DNA from: the human T2T-CHM13v2.0 reference genome, Homo sapiens
Length of the DNA: 64,000 bases
Strand: one strand, 5' to 3'
NCBI RefSeq assembly: GCF_009914755.1
Contig: NC_060932.1
Positions 14,929 to 27,859 of the stretch are shown here, piece by piece (positions within the stretch are counted from its first letter, which is position 1; every line of letters starts with the position of its first letter). Position numbers and translations under genes: made by a program. Below the pieces are notes generated by a model. The model did not search any database and was not told the origin of the DNA. It worked only from the letters and a program-made list of their open reading frames with translations.

Positions 14929-15449
14929 TGATACCGGAGTTAGGAAAAAATCATTTAGGCAGATAGTGAGGGTAGAAGAGTCCTTGGTAAGGTTTTCCTT
15001 TTAATGAAAAGCAGCCCCAAAATAATTTTCTTTTCTAAGTAAGAGTAGCCTGTAAAATTGAGCTGCAGACATAAACAAGCAAGCTGGAAGCTTGCACAGG
15101 TGAGTGCCAGCAGTTGTGTCAATAGAAAATGGCTACCTAGGACTAGGCATGTTCAAAATGGTGGCTCCATATTCCCTTCTCTTTGCCAGCCATGTGTACA
15201 GTAAGGAGCAAACAAGATGGGCTGGCCAAGTGGAAAGCCCATTTGCATAACATTAGGGTAGGGCGGCCAGCCTTCCCCACGTGCTATGTGAATGTCACAG
15301 CTGGTCCAACCAATCTGTGGGCAAGGGAGAGAGCTGTCCTCCTTTTTCTTTTTCTTTCTTTTCCCTATTAAACCTCCACTCCTAAACCCGCTCCTGTGTG
15401 TCTGTGTCCTTAATCTTCTTGGTGCGAGATGATGAATGAAGCTGCTTCA
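14929..15449 (+). mobile_element. Solo ERV1 LTR, MER61-like
   Basis: TG...CA ends, 4-bp TSD CCAT (14925-14928 / 15450-15453), ATTAAA at 15367-15372. Family from recall. Confidence 0.8.
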
Positions 15450-16551
15450 CCATGGTAGGGAAAAAAAAGTCTGTAGAGGAGGAAGAACTTGAGCTGGACA
15501 TGATTTGGGTGGATTGAGGATGGGGTGAAGGAAGTCATTGTGGGAAATGAGAATGCTTTGGACAAAGATGAGGCAGAGATGCTTGAGAGCTGTTTGATGC
15601 ATTAAGGAGCTTAGTATGTTAGCCTAGTGTACTGATGATCTGCTAATTTCAATAATGAGAGAGAATGCTGGGAAGAAAGTAGAGACTGTGTTTGGAGGCT
15701 CTAGAATGCCAAGGGGAGAAATCTGAGCCCTAAATCCATGATCAAAGAGGAGCCACTAAAAATTTTGACCAGCAGTTGTCATGTTAGAGGTGGTGCTTTA
15801 TAGAAAACTCATCTTCTGGGTATGCCCTCCATTTGGCCTATTTTTTATGCTTAATTTAAGCCCTAAAAACCCCTTTACTCCCCACCACTGTCTCTCTTTA
15901 AGATTTTCCCCAAAGTCTTTTCATTCTTGGGGTGTCGGGGCATGCTCAGGCACCTCATGATTCAGGCCACTTGACCTGGTGTGTGTGTATGAAAAATACA
16001 CTTCAGGGGCCTGACAAATGGGTGAGGCAGTGCATGTTTGATTTTCATGTGTTTTCATGTATGAATGTGTGTTTCTAAGATTAAATTCTCAGGAGGAAGC
16101 CAGTTGTGCTGTTTTATAGCTCTCTGTGAATGATTAATCTGACCAAATCATAGAGGTATCTGTTGTGGGCATTCTTTATTGATGAAACTGCTTTATAGTG
16201 TTGTCCCTTGGGTATATAAGTGGCTAAATCTGTGCTCTGCAATCCAAGACACTTTATGCTGAATTATGTTCTACAGTAGGTAAATTTGAGTAAGGGTCTA
16301 GTTTATGTAATTTTTGGAGAAGTGAAGAACTTTTCCATTCATAAGTACTTACAGTGATCAAAGAAACAGCTGTTACCCTGCAAGTTCAGTCCCCTAAAGG
16401 ACTGATAAAGCCATCACTGCAGTTACTTCATACAACTTCCTTTTGTTGGACTTTGGGTGTCCTAATGTAACCAAGATCCTGCTATTTCATATAACCAAGA
16501 GAAAAAGATGATCCCGACAGTCAGGGAGCTTACAGTACATCACAAATAAAT

Positions 16552-16557
16552 TTTATT
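16552..16557 (-). terminator. Probable distal polyadenylation signal AATAAA of EYA1
   Basis: tttatt on + strand, ~1.9 kb after the stop codon. Other minus-strand AATAAA at 17002-17007 and 17266-17271. Confidence 0.7.
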
Positions 16558-17896
16558 AACTTAAACACAAAATTAATGAAGAAAAATTCTGTACACAACG
16601 GTGGACACAGCACACCTTTATACAGTAAGGCCAAGATAAACTTTGTCTTTTCAGTCTGCAGAGTACAAAAACATAAAATGAAAAGGTTAAAAATTGTCAA
16701 CTGTTTGCTTCAAGCAAAAAGGAAGAAAAAACTAATTCAATTGTGAATTTAAACAATTTGGATAATTCACAAATGACTATTTCTAGCAGCAACACACAAC
16801 TTCAGAAAAGAATGAAGTAGCTCTTCAACTACTTCGGGTCAAAGCTGGTGTTTTTTCCGCCCAATATATGATTGATTAAAGAAGACTCATCCTAAGGGTA
16901 ATTTCATGACAATGGATTGTGTTTGTTAGATGAGAGAAAATATTGCCCAGCCAAACTGACCACTTTTGGAGAAACTCTTATGGTCTGACAAAGGTGATAA
17001 TTTTATTATTTCCCCAGATTGATGCCTGTCATGTAGTACATAATGCAGGTGGAGAGGAACGTTGTTTCCATGGTGATGACAATGGCAATGAACCTTCCTC
17101 AGGGTGACAGGAGGAAAGAGAAAATACGCACATAGGGAGTAATGCAAAGTTTGCTGATTTCCGGATTAGCATCGTGTGTCTTCCTTTATCGAAAGAAAAT
17201 GCAGACACGATAATTAATAATTCTGAGCACATGAAAACTTTGTTAGTCTCCGATTCATGAACCATTTTATTAATAAAATATATCTACTATCATCTATATT
17301 CTTTGTGGGAAGAAGCATTTGAATAATTATTTTTTCCAAGTAGTTACATATAATACATTAGTGTGGAAATGAAAAAGTGAGGTGGTAGGAGAGCTCATTT
17401 TGTTTCAAATTGTTTAAGAAACTGCTGTGTTATTTCATCAAGGCCCTCAGAAGAACTGATGCAGGAAAAAATTTTAGAAAACAAAATCCTTACTGACACT
17501 TGACATCCATGCTTTTGGTCTTGACAACATTATCTAAAAAAAAAAAATCCATTATCTACATATTTATACCGAAAACTCAGATAAGGCACGGCACATGAAT
17601 TTGTGCACGTGCTGCCTCATGCTTCACTATCCAGGCATTGCTACCTTTCAATATCATTTCCCTAAACAATATGTAAAAGAATTATCCATTATTACAAATT
17701 TACACCAAAAATTCTTTCTGTACATGATTGTCTCAGTGATGTACATATTATACGTTTAAATTAGACATACTTAAAACTACTATGCAATGTGCTAAAATTC
17801 AAAGTACTGTACTTGCCATGTTGTGAGGCAGAGGCCTTTAATCACTTATTTCTAATGCTATTGTCTCTTCAATTATTTGATGTTTAAAAAAGTCTG

Positions 17897-17955
17897 GTGG
17901 GTGAATTGTAGGGTATGTGAATTATACCTCAATAAAGCTGTTTTTTTATCTTTTT
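17897..17955 (+). mobile_element. Very short L1MB-like 3' tail inside the EYA1 3' UTR
   Basis: gggtgaattgtagggtatgtgaattatacctcaataaagctgtt flanked by duplicated aaaaaagtctg. Confidence 0.75.
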
Positions 17956-18452
17956 AAAAAAAGTCTGTTCATAAATAAGTAGAGATGTACAGATTACCCT
18001 GGGTATGAGACACCAAAAAGTAAACCTTCTTTACAAGAAAATTCCTCCACTGGTATTCAGGAAACACATTTCAGTCTCTGTTGTGCAATTAGGTTTGCTG
18101 TATTGGAGAAGCTGTTTATATCACATTGAAAATGCTAACAACTGAAGCGTTTGCAGGTCCTTTCTTCACAGGTTTGAACCGTGTAGTTAATGTGGCAGAC
18201 ACATAACGCTGTGCTAAAACATTCTCATGGCTTATTTTCACTGGATTCACAGTACTAGAGTCAACAGCTGTTCTGATGAAATAGACGTGGTCCTCCATTC
18301 ACCACAAAGGCAGAGGTCAAGACTGACAGCAACTGCGCATCACCAGGCGGAAATTGCTAAGTTCTGGAGGCCGGCGCTGATGCGAGACTGGGGCCTGCTG
18401 GATCTGTCCCTGGTCACAGAGCAGCTGTGCGCTGTCAAAGTGCCGAGCGCTG

Positions 18453-18656
<204 letters not shown>

Positions 18657-19971
18657 TTAACATCACATCTGTTTAAAACAAAAATTCAAACTCAATCCTC
18701 CCCTAAGAATACTGGACTGAGTTGTAAAATGTAATCTAGAGTCTGTTTCTTTGAAGAAGGGGATGGATATTTCCTAACTGGATCTACACTGTGACTTGAA
18801 TGCCAATTCCAAGCTTTAAATAAAAGAACGTTGCCAAATATGGCAGCTGTTCACGTATCCAGTGGGTTTTTCATGCTGAAAGTTTAAAAAGCTTGTACTT
18901 TATGAGTTTAAGCAGTTTTCCTTAGTTAGTAGTAGTTTACATTTTTTCTAACTTTTAATTGTGGCTCACATATGAAGCAGTTTTTTTTCCATTTATTTCC
19001 CTCAGTTATTCTTCATATTGACCTTAAAATGGCTTTACCATATGGAAAACGTTTTAAATGAACATCTAACGTTGTTTTTTTTTGTTTTGTTTTAGGTTTT
19101 TGTAGTTGTTGTTATTTAAACCTCAATCTAAAAATCTAGTTTAAGAAGTGGGAATGTTTGTGATACACGTGAATAAACCAAGGGGAAGAACTCAGAAGTT
19201 ACATCATCCATGAAGGGTGAAAATGTGATGAACTTTCACTGCTCCAAAGCACTATAGTAAGTACTAATGCATGAGCAAAACCTTTTTAAGGGAAAGATAA
19301 TCATCACCCTCAGGAGAACAAAATTCTGTTTGTTTACCTTATAGAATAGGATTCTTAAGCAAAAAAATAATGTGGTGCCTGGAGTATAATTTGCAATTAT
19401 AGTTCTGAGAAATTTGGAAAAATTTCAGACTAATAGGAGAATCTGGCATAGAAGCAAAGAGAAATGAGGGTTTTTGTTTTTGTTTTTTAAATGTGTAGGT
19501 GACAGTGAAAGCCATGACTATTTTGATATGTAGATCACATAGCTGCTACATACTGGGATACAAACTATTACTTATTAACAATGTATTTGCCTCAGATTAT
19601 CTGTTGAAATCACATACCACATTCCAATATGTAGACCTTTCTGGACTCAAGACTATTTTGGTGTATCTGTATATATGTTATTGAGTGATAACAGAATAGT
19701 CCAGAAATTAGTACTAAATATTTCTTTGTAGATTTCTAGAAGGATGCTCCTCTTGGAAACTTCACACTGTAAGACGTAGCATTGTGCATTCATTCATACA
19801 GAGCACACTGTGTCAGGTGTAGAAGATATAGAGATGCATGTGTCGCTGCCTACCCTATTTTGAGTAGCAAACATGCACAACAATCATCAGTGTTCATTTA
19901 TATCTTGTAGGAGGTGGGCAATTACCTTTGCCTAGTGAACTGGGAAAATATCTGAAGGGAGGTGATAGCTG

Positions 19972-20101
19972 AACTAGTTATGAAGGATTAACATTCAGAA
20001 AAACACTCTGATGGTTATGTGCATTGCGGGACAGAAAACTAGTTATGAAGGATTAACATTCAGAAAAACACTCTGATGGTTATGTGCATTGCGGGACAGA
20101 A
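19972..20101. repeat. Perfect 65-bp tandem duplication
   Basis: 19972-20036 is identical to 20037-20101. Confidence 0.97.
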
Positions 20102-23100
20102 AATAATGGAGAAATTCATTGTTGGCATACTAGATGGGTATGAGAGAAAAGACTTGGCTGGTGACATGAGTGGCTGCAGGAGCCAGCTGATGCAGGGCCT
20201 AGTAAGCCCTGCTAAGGAGTTTATTTGTAATAAACTCCTAATTCATAAATCCCAATAGTTATGATTTATTGGATATTGTGTTAGGCACTATGCTAAGCAC
20301 CTCAAAGAGACAGAGGTACTACTATTACTATTGTACTAGTTAAAAAAAAAAGAAAAAAAAAAACAACCTGAGGCTTAGTGATGAAACACAGAGGTTTAAA
20401 TAAATAGCTGGTAAGGAGTGAAGCCAAGATCCATACCAGGTGTGACTCTGAAGCTCATATACTGTAATGCCTCCTACCTGTTCTCTGTAGGCTTTTTATT
20501 CAGCTGTGTAAATTATCAGCACCATAGCACAGGTTCAAACTAACTCTCTCTCTCTCTGCCCCCGTGCATTCTCTGTGGGCTAAGAGACACCAGAAGATTC
20601 ATAGACCTGGGTTAGAAAAACGTTTGATCCTATAGCTTTCCTCCTCATTAGAACAGAAATTCATGTTGTAAAATATAGAACCCTATAAAGAAATACAAAT
20701 CATTTCTTATCCTACTACACAAAGGTCACCACTATAAACATTTCTTTATATTTTTATATATGTACATACTCAAACATACTTGAAATTATGTGTTTATCAA
20801 GTATGTTCCATTCAGCATCCTACTCATTTTACTACTTAATCTCAAATTCATTTTACATTTTAGACACATTTTAAAAGAAAACTATTTTAAAAGTTTTCAA
20901 GTATTCAACTGTGCAGTGTTGCTATTTAACCACCTACTTGGTATCTATTTTTATATTCTCTTTATTTCTAATTGTTTTTCTTATTAGGTTTGCCAATCAT
21001 TATTGCCCTTCCTCAAAGTTTCTTGTCAACAGCTAAAGGGGTTAGATAGTATTTCTATTGATCTTAAGTACTATTATCTCAGAATGTAACAAAGGATGCT
21101 GAAAGCTCTTCAGATAATCCATCTAGAAACTTTTAGGACAACCATCTTCATAAAAACATATAAAAATACTTGTGCAAAGTGGAATGCCTTTTTTCAGAGC
21201 AGGTTCAGTCAAATTCTTTTGCATGTCAATTGTCTGAGGTTCCATATGTTCCCCACAGACAAGTTACAACCATTAACAATGCAAATCTGAAAACTATTGG
21301 TGCAATCAGAATCCTGCACTGAAGAATGCCATGACTCTCAGAGAAATCAAAAAGGGAACTAAAAAAAAAAAAATCCAGCTACTTCTTTGGTACATAAAGT
21401 ATAAAGTGGGCATTTAATTTCATAGTAAACAAAGGACTGGTTCAATGGCTGTGTGTCTCATCTGTACATGTGTGTGGGTTGATGCCGCCTACAGAACACA
21501 TGTTTTTCTTTTAAACCATACTCAACACTATCGGGAAAGGTGAGATAATCTGCAAACAACCCTAAGTTGGCTTGTTTACTGGCACTAAAATACGAATGGC
21601 TTTAGTCTTCCTGTACAGAGTATTAATAAGAACCACCTGGTCAAGCAGCACCCTGAAACGAGGTCAAAGGATAAAACTTCCTGTAGTATATTACAGACAA
21701 CTCATCACAATGCAGTGGGGATGGGCCATTCATTTGGGCAGAAGAGCCAAAGGTTCTACAATGAAAACTTTGCAAATCTTAGGTGTACATGAAAGAAAAC
21801 TGGTAGATTCTGGGGACACTCCACCCACAAGGATAGCAACTCTATCCTCTGCATTCTTTCATGGCATGCAGGGTAGTGATGTCGGCTGTAGTTAGCAGTT
21901 TCATTCTCACAAAAATAGTAGACTTCTTTAAGAAATGCACATTTTGTATTAAGTGAATGACTATAAGAAGACAGTCTAGAGGAGAGGAGGTGTCAAACTC
22001 CTGTTAACAATCAGAGCTAATATTGCACAATGATAATATTTTCCCTAAGTACGTACTGATGTGAAGATTTTATGCATTTATAAAAGCTTCTCAGGACAAC
22101 TGGATACAAAGTAAACTTTTTTTTCTCTTGCATCAATGTTTAGCCACTAGAACAAACATTTCTTGTATGAAATCGGAGAGAAATGGTGGCAAAAGAGAAA
22201 AAGAAAAACACATGCTAGAATGAGGAGACCTGGGTTATATTCTCAACTTTGACATTAGCTATGTGACCTTCAATTATGGCACAGTCTGCCTGAAGCCCTA
22301 GTTTCTTTATAACATGAGCGTTTAGGGAAAATGACTCAGGGTTGCTTCTAGGTCAAAGAAAGTCTGTGACTTTATTATCAAAACAAAGTCTGTTACCTGC
22401 ATAGCACCGTAGCTACAGTAGATACGTAATACACAAAAGACATATATCCCCAATGCCAAGAGCTGACCAGCAGGCAAGATGTAACTGATGAAACAATTTT
22501 ATTACAGTGTAAGGCAATGAGGGATGAAGAATTAAAAAGACAAATTCAGAGAGAAGAGAGCTCAGTTGTAACCTGGAGAGGGTAAACTGAGCTTGAGCTG
22601 AATTTGAAGAATGGGTGAAGTTGGAGAGGTGGAAGGGAAGTGGATAGGGTTCCCAGTTAGGAGGAGTAATTGGCCTGTGGAGGATGGGGCTGGACTGGTG
22701 TGTAAAATCGTAGAGATGTTAAGGAGGTTTGTCAAGGTAGCAGCACTTGGAATATCTAACTAAGGAGTTTAGACTTTTGTCTTGTAAATGGAAGGAGCGA
22801 GAGGCTAACACTTCCTCAGTGCCAAGAGACACAAATAGGTGGGGGCATTTTAAGCAATTTAGGGCAGCAGTCGGGAAGGATGGACCAAAGATGTTTCTGG
22901 CTGGTAGCAGAGAAACTAGGTAGAATTACAGTGGAAATGGAGTGGGTGTAATAGATGCAAGACATATTGTGAAGAGAGTTCATGTGACTCAGCGGTGGGT
23001 GGGAATCAAAGAACCCCAAATCATGTCTGAGTGGGCCAACTGGTTTGGGATAGCTGAATTCATTTGCTTGTATTCAGACATTCAGATGGGTAGAACATGG

Positions 23101-23429
23101 GATACTTACCCAGAGATATTTTCTCAGGTTGCTGAAGCCCTGGGACCAAAAACAGAGCTACCCACAAATCTTAACAGAAATGACAGCTGGAACTGCAACA
23201 TGCATGTGATTCGTTTATCAAGATTAGGCATATATTGAGAGAAGTAGGTATCAAGGCCTAAAATTAGCACATGCTTTTGTGTCTCCAGAACCAAAATTTT
23301 GCCTGATGGGAAAACAATGACACATCCTTCCTGTTTTTCTTGCCTCCTGGAGCAACTTCAAAAATCTCCTTCCTCCATCCTTCCTCATCTGATATTTAGC
23401 ATTTATACTTTTAGACTACATATAACAAC

Positions 23430-23880
23430 AACCATATAAAAAGCTGGGTATGTGGATACATATATGTAAGTAGAATTTTGCTGAATTATTAAAAATGTGT
23501 TAATTACAATGTTTCAAAGTTTTTAAAGCATATACCCTCTGACTTAATTATTGCAGTTTTAGGAATTTATCCTACAGATGCACTTGCACATGCATGAACT
23601 GTAGAACTGTTTGCAGTAGTAAATACTGGAAACCATCTAAATGTTCACCCCAGAGGACTGGTTAAATAGCACATCCACATGATGGAATACCGATGCAGTC
23701 ACTTAAAAGCATTAGAGATGCAAAGCTTCATGGACTGATATAGAATAACTGCCAGGATGAATTAACTGAAAAAGCAGGTGTGAAAAAAAGTGTATACTTC
23801 TCATTTGTGTAAAAAAATACTTATTTGTGCTTTCATGTGCACACATAACATTTAGAAAATTTTGCAGATGGAATTACAAA
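23430..23880 (+). mobile_element. L1ME-like 3' fragment
   Basis: taggaatttatcctacaga, ctggaaaccatctaaatgttc, catccacatgatggaatac. Confidence 0.6.
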
Positions 23881-25338
23881 TACTTTTCAAATTGTAAAGA
23901 AAGATATCAAGGGAGAACTTATTATGAAACTTATTGTGCAACGTTGCTCTTTTATTTATATATCTGCTTGCCCTCTAGACATAAGTATGCTTTTTAAGGA
24001 TGACGATGAAATCCAGTTCAAAACCTGGCATATAGTAAGTGATTAACTATAAATGAATTTATGACTTTACAAAAATAACATTCACTGTACTTGGTGTTTA
24101 TAACCTTGATGTCCCACTTAAACTAAAAACAAAAAAGTGCTTTACAAATGTTATTTTATAAAAGTGGCTTGTATTTTTCTCCTAAATAAGCTTGAAATTG
24201 GGCATTATTAATCAGGTTCTCAGCTTCATCTTGGATTTCAGCAAGTTTTAGAATGTACATATAAAATGAACATATTTAATGAAGCCTTTCTCACTGTGCA
24301 GAAAATGGATGCTTGCCATTTTTTCTCCCTTTGCCATAAACAAGAGATTTATTTTAAATAGTTCTCTGAAAATAATTTATTAGCAAGGCCACTTTTACTA
24401 CTCTAGAAATGAAAACTAGATGTCAATGTACAGGAGACTATTTCCTACATTTTTTTTTTTAAACAATCATACCTAGGTCTAATCATTTTCTCTCAAGCCA
24501 TGTTGCATTAGGGAAACAAATAATTTTATGGTAAAAAAAGAACAACTGGTGGATTTTGACAACAAAAGACATACGTCAAAGGAAGACTTCCATAGGTAGA
24601 GACTTCCCACAATCTTTCTAAGAACAAAGAGGCACTCACACAAACTCCTGCAAGAGATCCTTTCAATATGAGGTTGTTCTTTTACGAAACAAAGGTATTT
24701 CTAACTTCTTCTCTTTGAAGGAGGTACTTTTTATGATACAAATTATAGAGTTAAATTACTGATGAAAGCCCTTGGACTACATTGGCAAAGAGAATAAGGA
24801 TGACAGAATAGATTTCAATTGACCATTAACGAAACAGGCAACTGGCAGATTTACTTACTGGGTTTTGTTTCTGTGATTTAAAAAAAGTAACAATCTCTAG
24901 CAAAAGAACATTATTTAAGGAGATGACAGATCTCTACAAGGGAAAGAAGAGCATGTTGTATTAGATTTTGAAGGACACAGGAAACTAAGAGAGACAAGCT
25001 AAATAGTTAAAATCAATTTCGAAGCAATGTAAAATGTTTTGATTTGGCAAAACATTTTAGTGCTCAAATGTGCAGAACTTCATTGGTTTGCTATTAATTT
25101 ATTTAATAAACTAAATTGCTCAGGAGCTAAAGCACATATCAGAATTATGTGTTTTAAAAATTTTAATTATGAATGTAAAATTAGGGGAAAGAAGACACTT
25201 ATATAGTTATATCTAACTCCTGAAAAGAAAGAAGAATTGCATTTTACTCTAATAATTTTTTGAAAAACCATGTAAATTCTTTTTTGTAAGTCAAGTCATA
25301 TTTAAGATATATAAATGTAGTTTATAGTTTGAAGAAAC

Positions 25339-25633
25339 TTTTTTTTTTTTAAACAGGGTCTTACTCTGTCACCCAGGCTGGAGTGCAGTGGTGCCATCAT
25401 CACAGCTCACTGTAGCTTTGACCTCTGAGGCTCAGGTGATCCTCACACCTCAGCCTCTCCAGTAGCTTAGGACTACAGGCAGCACCACTATGCTGGGCTA
25501 ATTTTTGTACTTTTTGTAGAGACGGGTTTCACCATGTTGCCCAGGCTGGCCTCAAACTCCTGGGCTCAAGTGAGCCACCTGTCTCAGCCTCCCAAAGTGC
25601 TGGGATTACAAGTGTGAGCCACCACTCTCCGAC
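25339..25633 (-). mobile_element. Alu, AluJ-like
   Basis: Antisense Alu with J-type cagggtctt, cctgggctcaag; flanking agaaactttt. Confidence 0.92.
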
Positions 25634-25654
25634 TGCAGAAACTTTTCACTAAAT

Positions 25655-25865
25655 CTCACAGTCAGAGGAAATACCTGAGTTCAAATCCTAATTTAGCTAC
25701 TTTCTAGCTGTGTGATTTTGGCCGAATTATTCACCCTTACAGTGCCTCAGTTTTCTCAAGTGTAAAATAGGTCTAAGGATTCCTTCATAGGATTATGAGG
25801 ATTTAATAATGAGAAAAATGGATGGGAAGGCCTAAAAGAGGGACTGGGATATAATAAGGGCTTTA
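25655..25865 (+). mobile_element. MIR
   Basis: cctgagttcaaatcc, tagctgtgtgattttgg, gcctcagttttctcaagtgtaaaat. Confidence 0.75.
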
Positions 25866-25877
25866 TAATTGGTAGCA

Positions 25878-26160
25878 TTTTTTTTCTTTGGGACAGGATC
25901 TCATTCTATCATCCCAGCTGGAGTGCAGTGGCATGAGTTCGGCTAACTGCAGTCTTGACCTCCTGGGCTCCAGTGATCCTCCGACTTCAGCCTCCTGAGT
26001 AGCTGGGACTACAGGCACCCACCACCATGCCCGGGTAATTTTTATATCTTTTAAAGACAGGGTTTTGCCATGTTGCCCCAACTGGTCTCAAACTCCTGAG
26101 CTGAAGTGATCCACACACCTTGGCCTCTCAAAGTGCTGGGATTACAAGTGTGAGCCTGCC
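25878..26160 (-). mobile_element. Alu, AluJ-like
   Basis: Antisense Alu; TSD ttggtagca (25869-25877 / 26161-26169). Confidence 0.92.
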
Positions 26161-26923
26161 TTGGTAGCAATTTTTGTTACTTACTAATATTATGATTAAT
26201 CCTACAGCATAGAAAGCCATCTCTTAGTTTCTTTAGCTTGAGTTTTCATATGTAGTTTTAAAAATGAGATGTTGTTGAACTGTAGAGGGCTCCTCCTCCT
26301 AAATTATTTCCCATAGGTTAAATATTAAGTATTCTCTACTTCTGTGCAGCACTCCACTTTAAAGATACTCATTATCTTTTGTGAATGATTAGATCCTTGT
26401 CTCTTAACTCATATACAAAGACGACTATTTATATACTAGTTAACTTGAAAAGGCTAGACAAAAATTCTCCTTCAATAAAGTTAGAAAATAAGAAAGGAAT
26501 GTTCAACTTGTTGTAAATTGATGACGTCTGAATCTTTTGCAAGATTATTAGAAATCGAGATATTGTGAAAAATTTGTCCATTTTACACATCCACACAGGC
26601 AGTTCTCAAGGTACAAAGAGTGGTTTGCAGCAGATATTTTTGGACTCTTGTCACGTACAGTCATCCATGAAATAAAAATGGAAAGCTAGGAGGACTCATT
26701 TGGTCAAAAAATTCAGTATGTTTTCTGCAGGTGGCTGCCTAATTTCTTTTTTGTGTGTGCCCTATATTAAAAAAAAGACATGTCCAAAGATAAACAGTGG
26801 AAACAATCTTTTTTTAAGCCATTCTATATTTAATTTTATTCTGTAATTGCTGATTGGTTGTTGAGAAAACACAAATATCAGAGTTTATTATCAGAGTGAT
26901 CTAGGAAAGAAGGTTAAAAAAAA

Positions 26924-27006
26924 AAGGATTTTCCAAATAATTGTAATAGAATACTTTTGTACAAAGAAGGATTTTCCAAATAATTGTAATAGAATAGTTT
27001 TGTACA
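26924..27006. repeat. 43-bp-period tandem duplication
   Basis: aaggattttccaaataattgtaatagaata(c/g)ttttgtaca occurs twice, one mismatch. Confidence 0.95.
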
Positions 27007-27264
27007 CCTTATAATTTATTCTTTGGTACTGTTGTAAATGAATTGTACCAGCATTTGAATTTTAAGTGTTTTATTGGGTTGTTCCTACTGTTATCACCAA
27101 CATTCTATGTGTATTAAATTAGTATTAAAACTTTATAATATACATGGAAGTAATTGGAAACCCTCTAAAGACTATGAATCAGTGAGGCAAACATTTAGGA
27201 ACTGTCTATAGATTTAAAAATTATGAACCTCAGCCTGTTTCCAGTATAAAAATTAACTAAAACT

Positions 27265-27574
<310 letters not shown>

Positions 27575-27735
27575 CTATTTCCAGTATAAAAATTAACTAA
27601 AATCTTTTAACTAAAACCTTTTATTACATCAGAAATACATAAAGTTTTCATGTCCGCTCTACCAACAAAATGTATTGAGCACCCATTTGTCAAAGCTGTC
27701 AGGATTAGAATCTACCAGGAAGTGTCAGCATTTGC

Positions 27736-27859
27736 CTAATGTAATGATGAGTTGACGGATGCAGCAAACCAACATGGCACATGTATACCTATGTATCAAA
27801 CCTGCACATTGTGCACATGTACCCTAGAACTTAAAGTATAATAAAAAAAAGAAAAAAAA
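27736..27859 (+). mobile_element. 5'-truncated primate L1PA 3' end
   Basis: catggcacatgtatacc...aacctgcacattgtgcacatgtaccctagaacttaaagtataat plus A tail. Confidence 0.92.

Larger units (their letters stand above)
16535..18452 (-). other. EYA1: EYA1 3' UTR (~1.9 kb; 3' end approximate)
   Basis: AU-rich, nearly repeat-free stretch from the stop codon to an AATAAA followed by U/GU-rich sequence. Confidence 0.8.
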
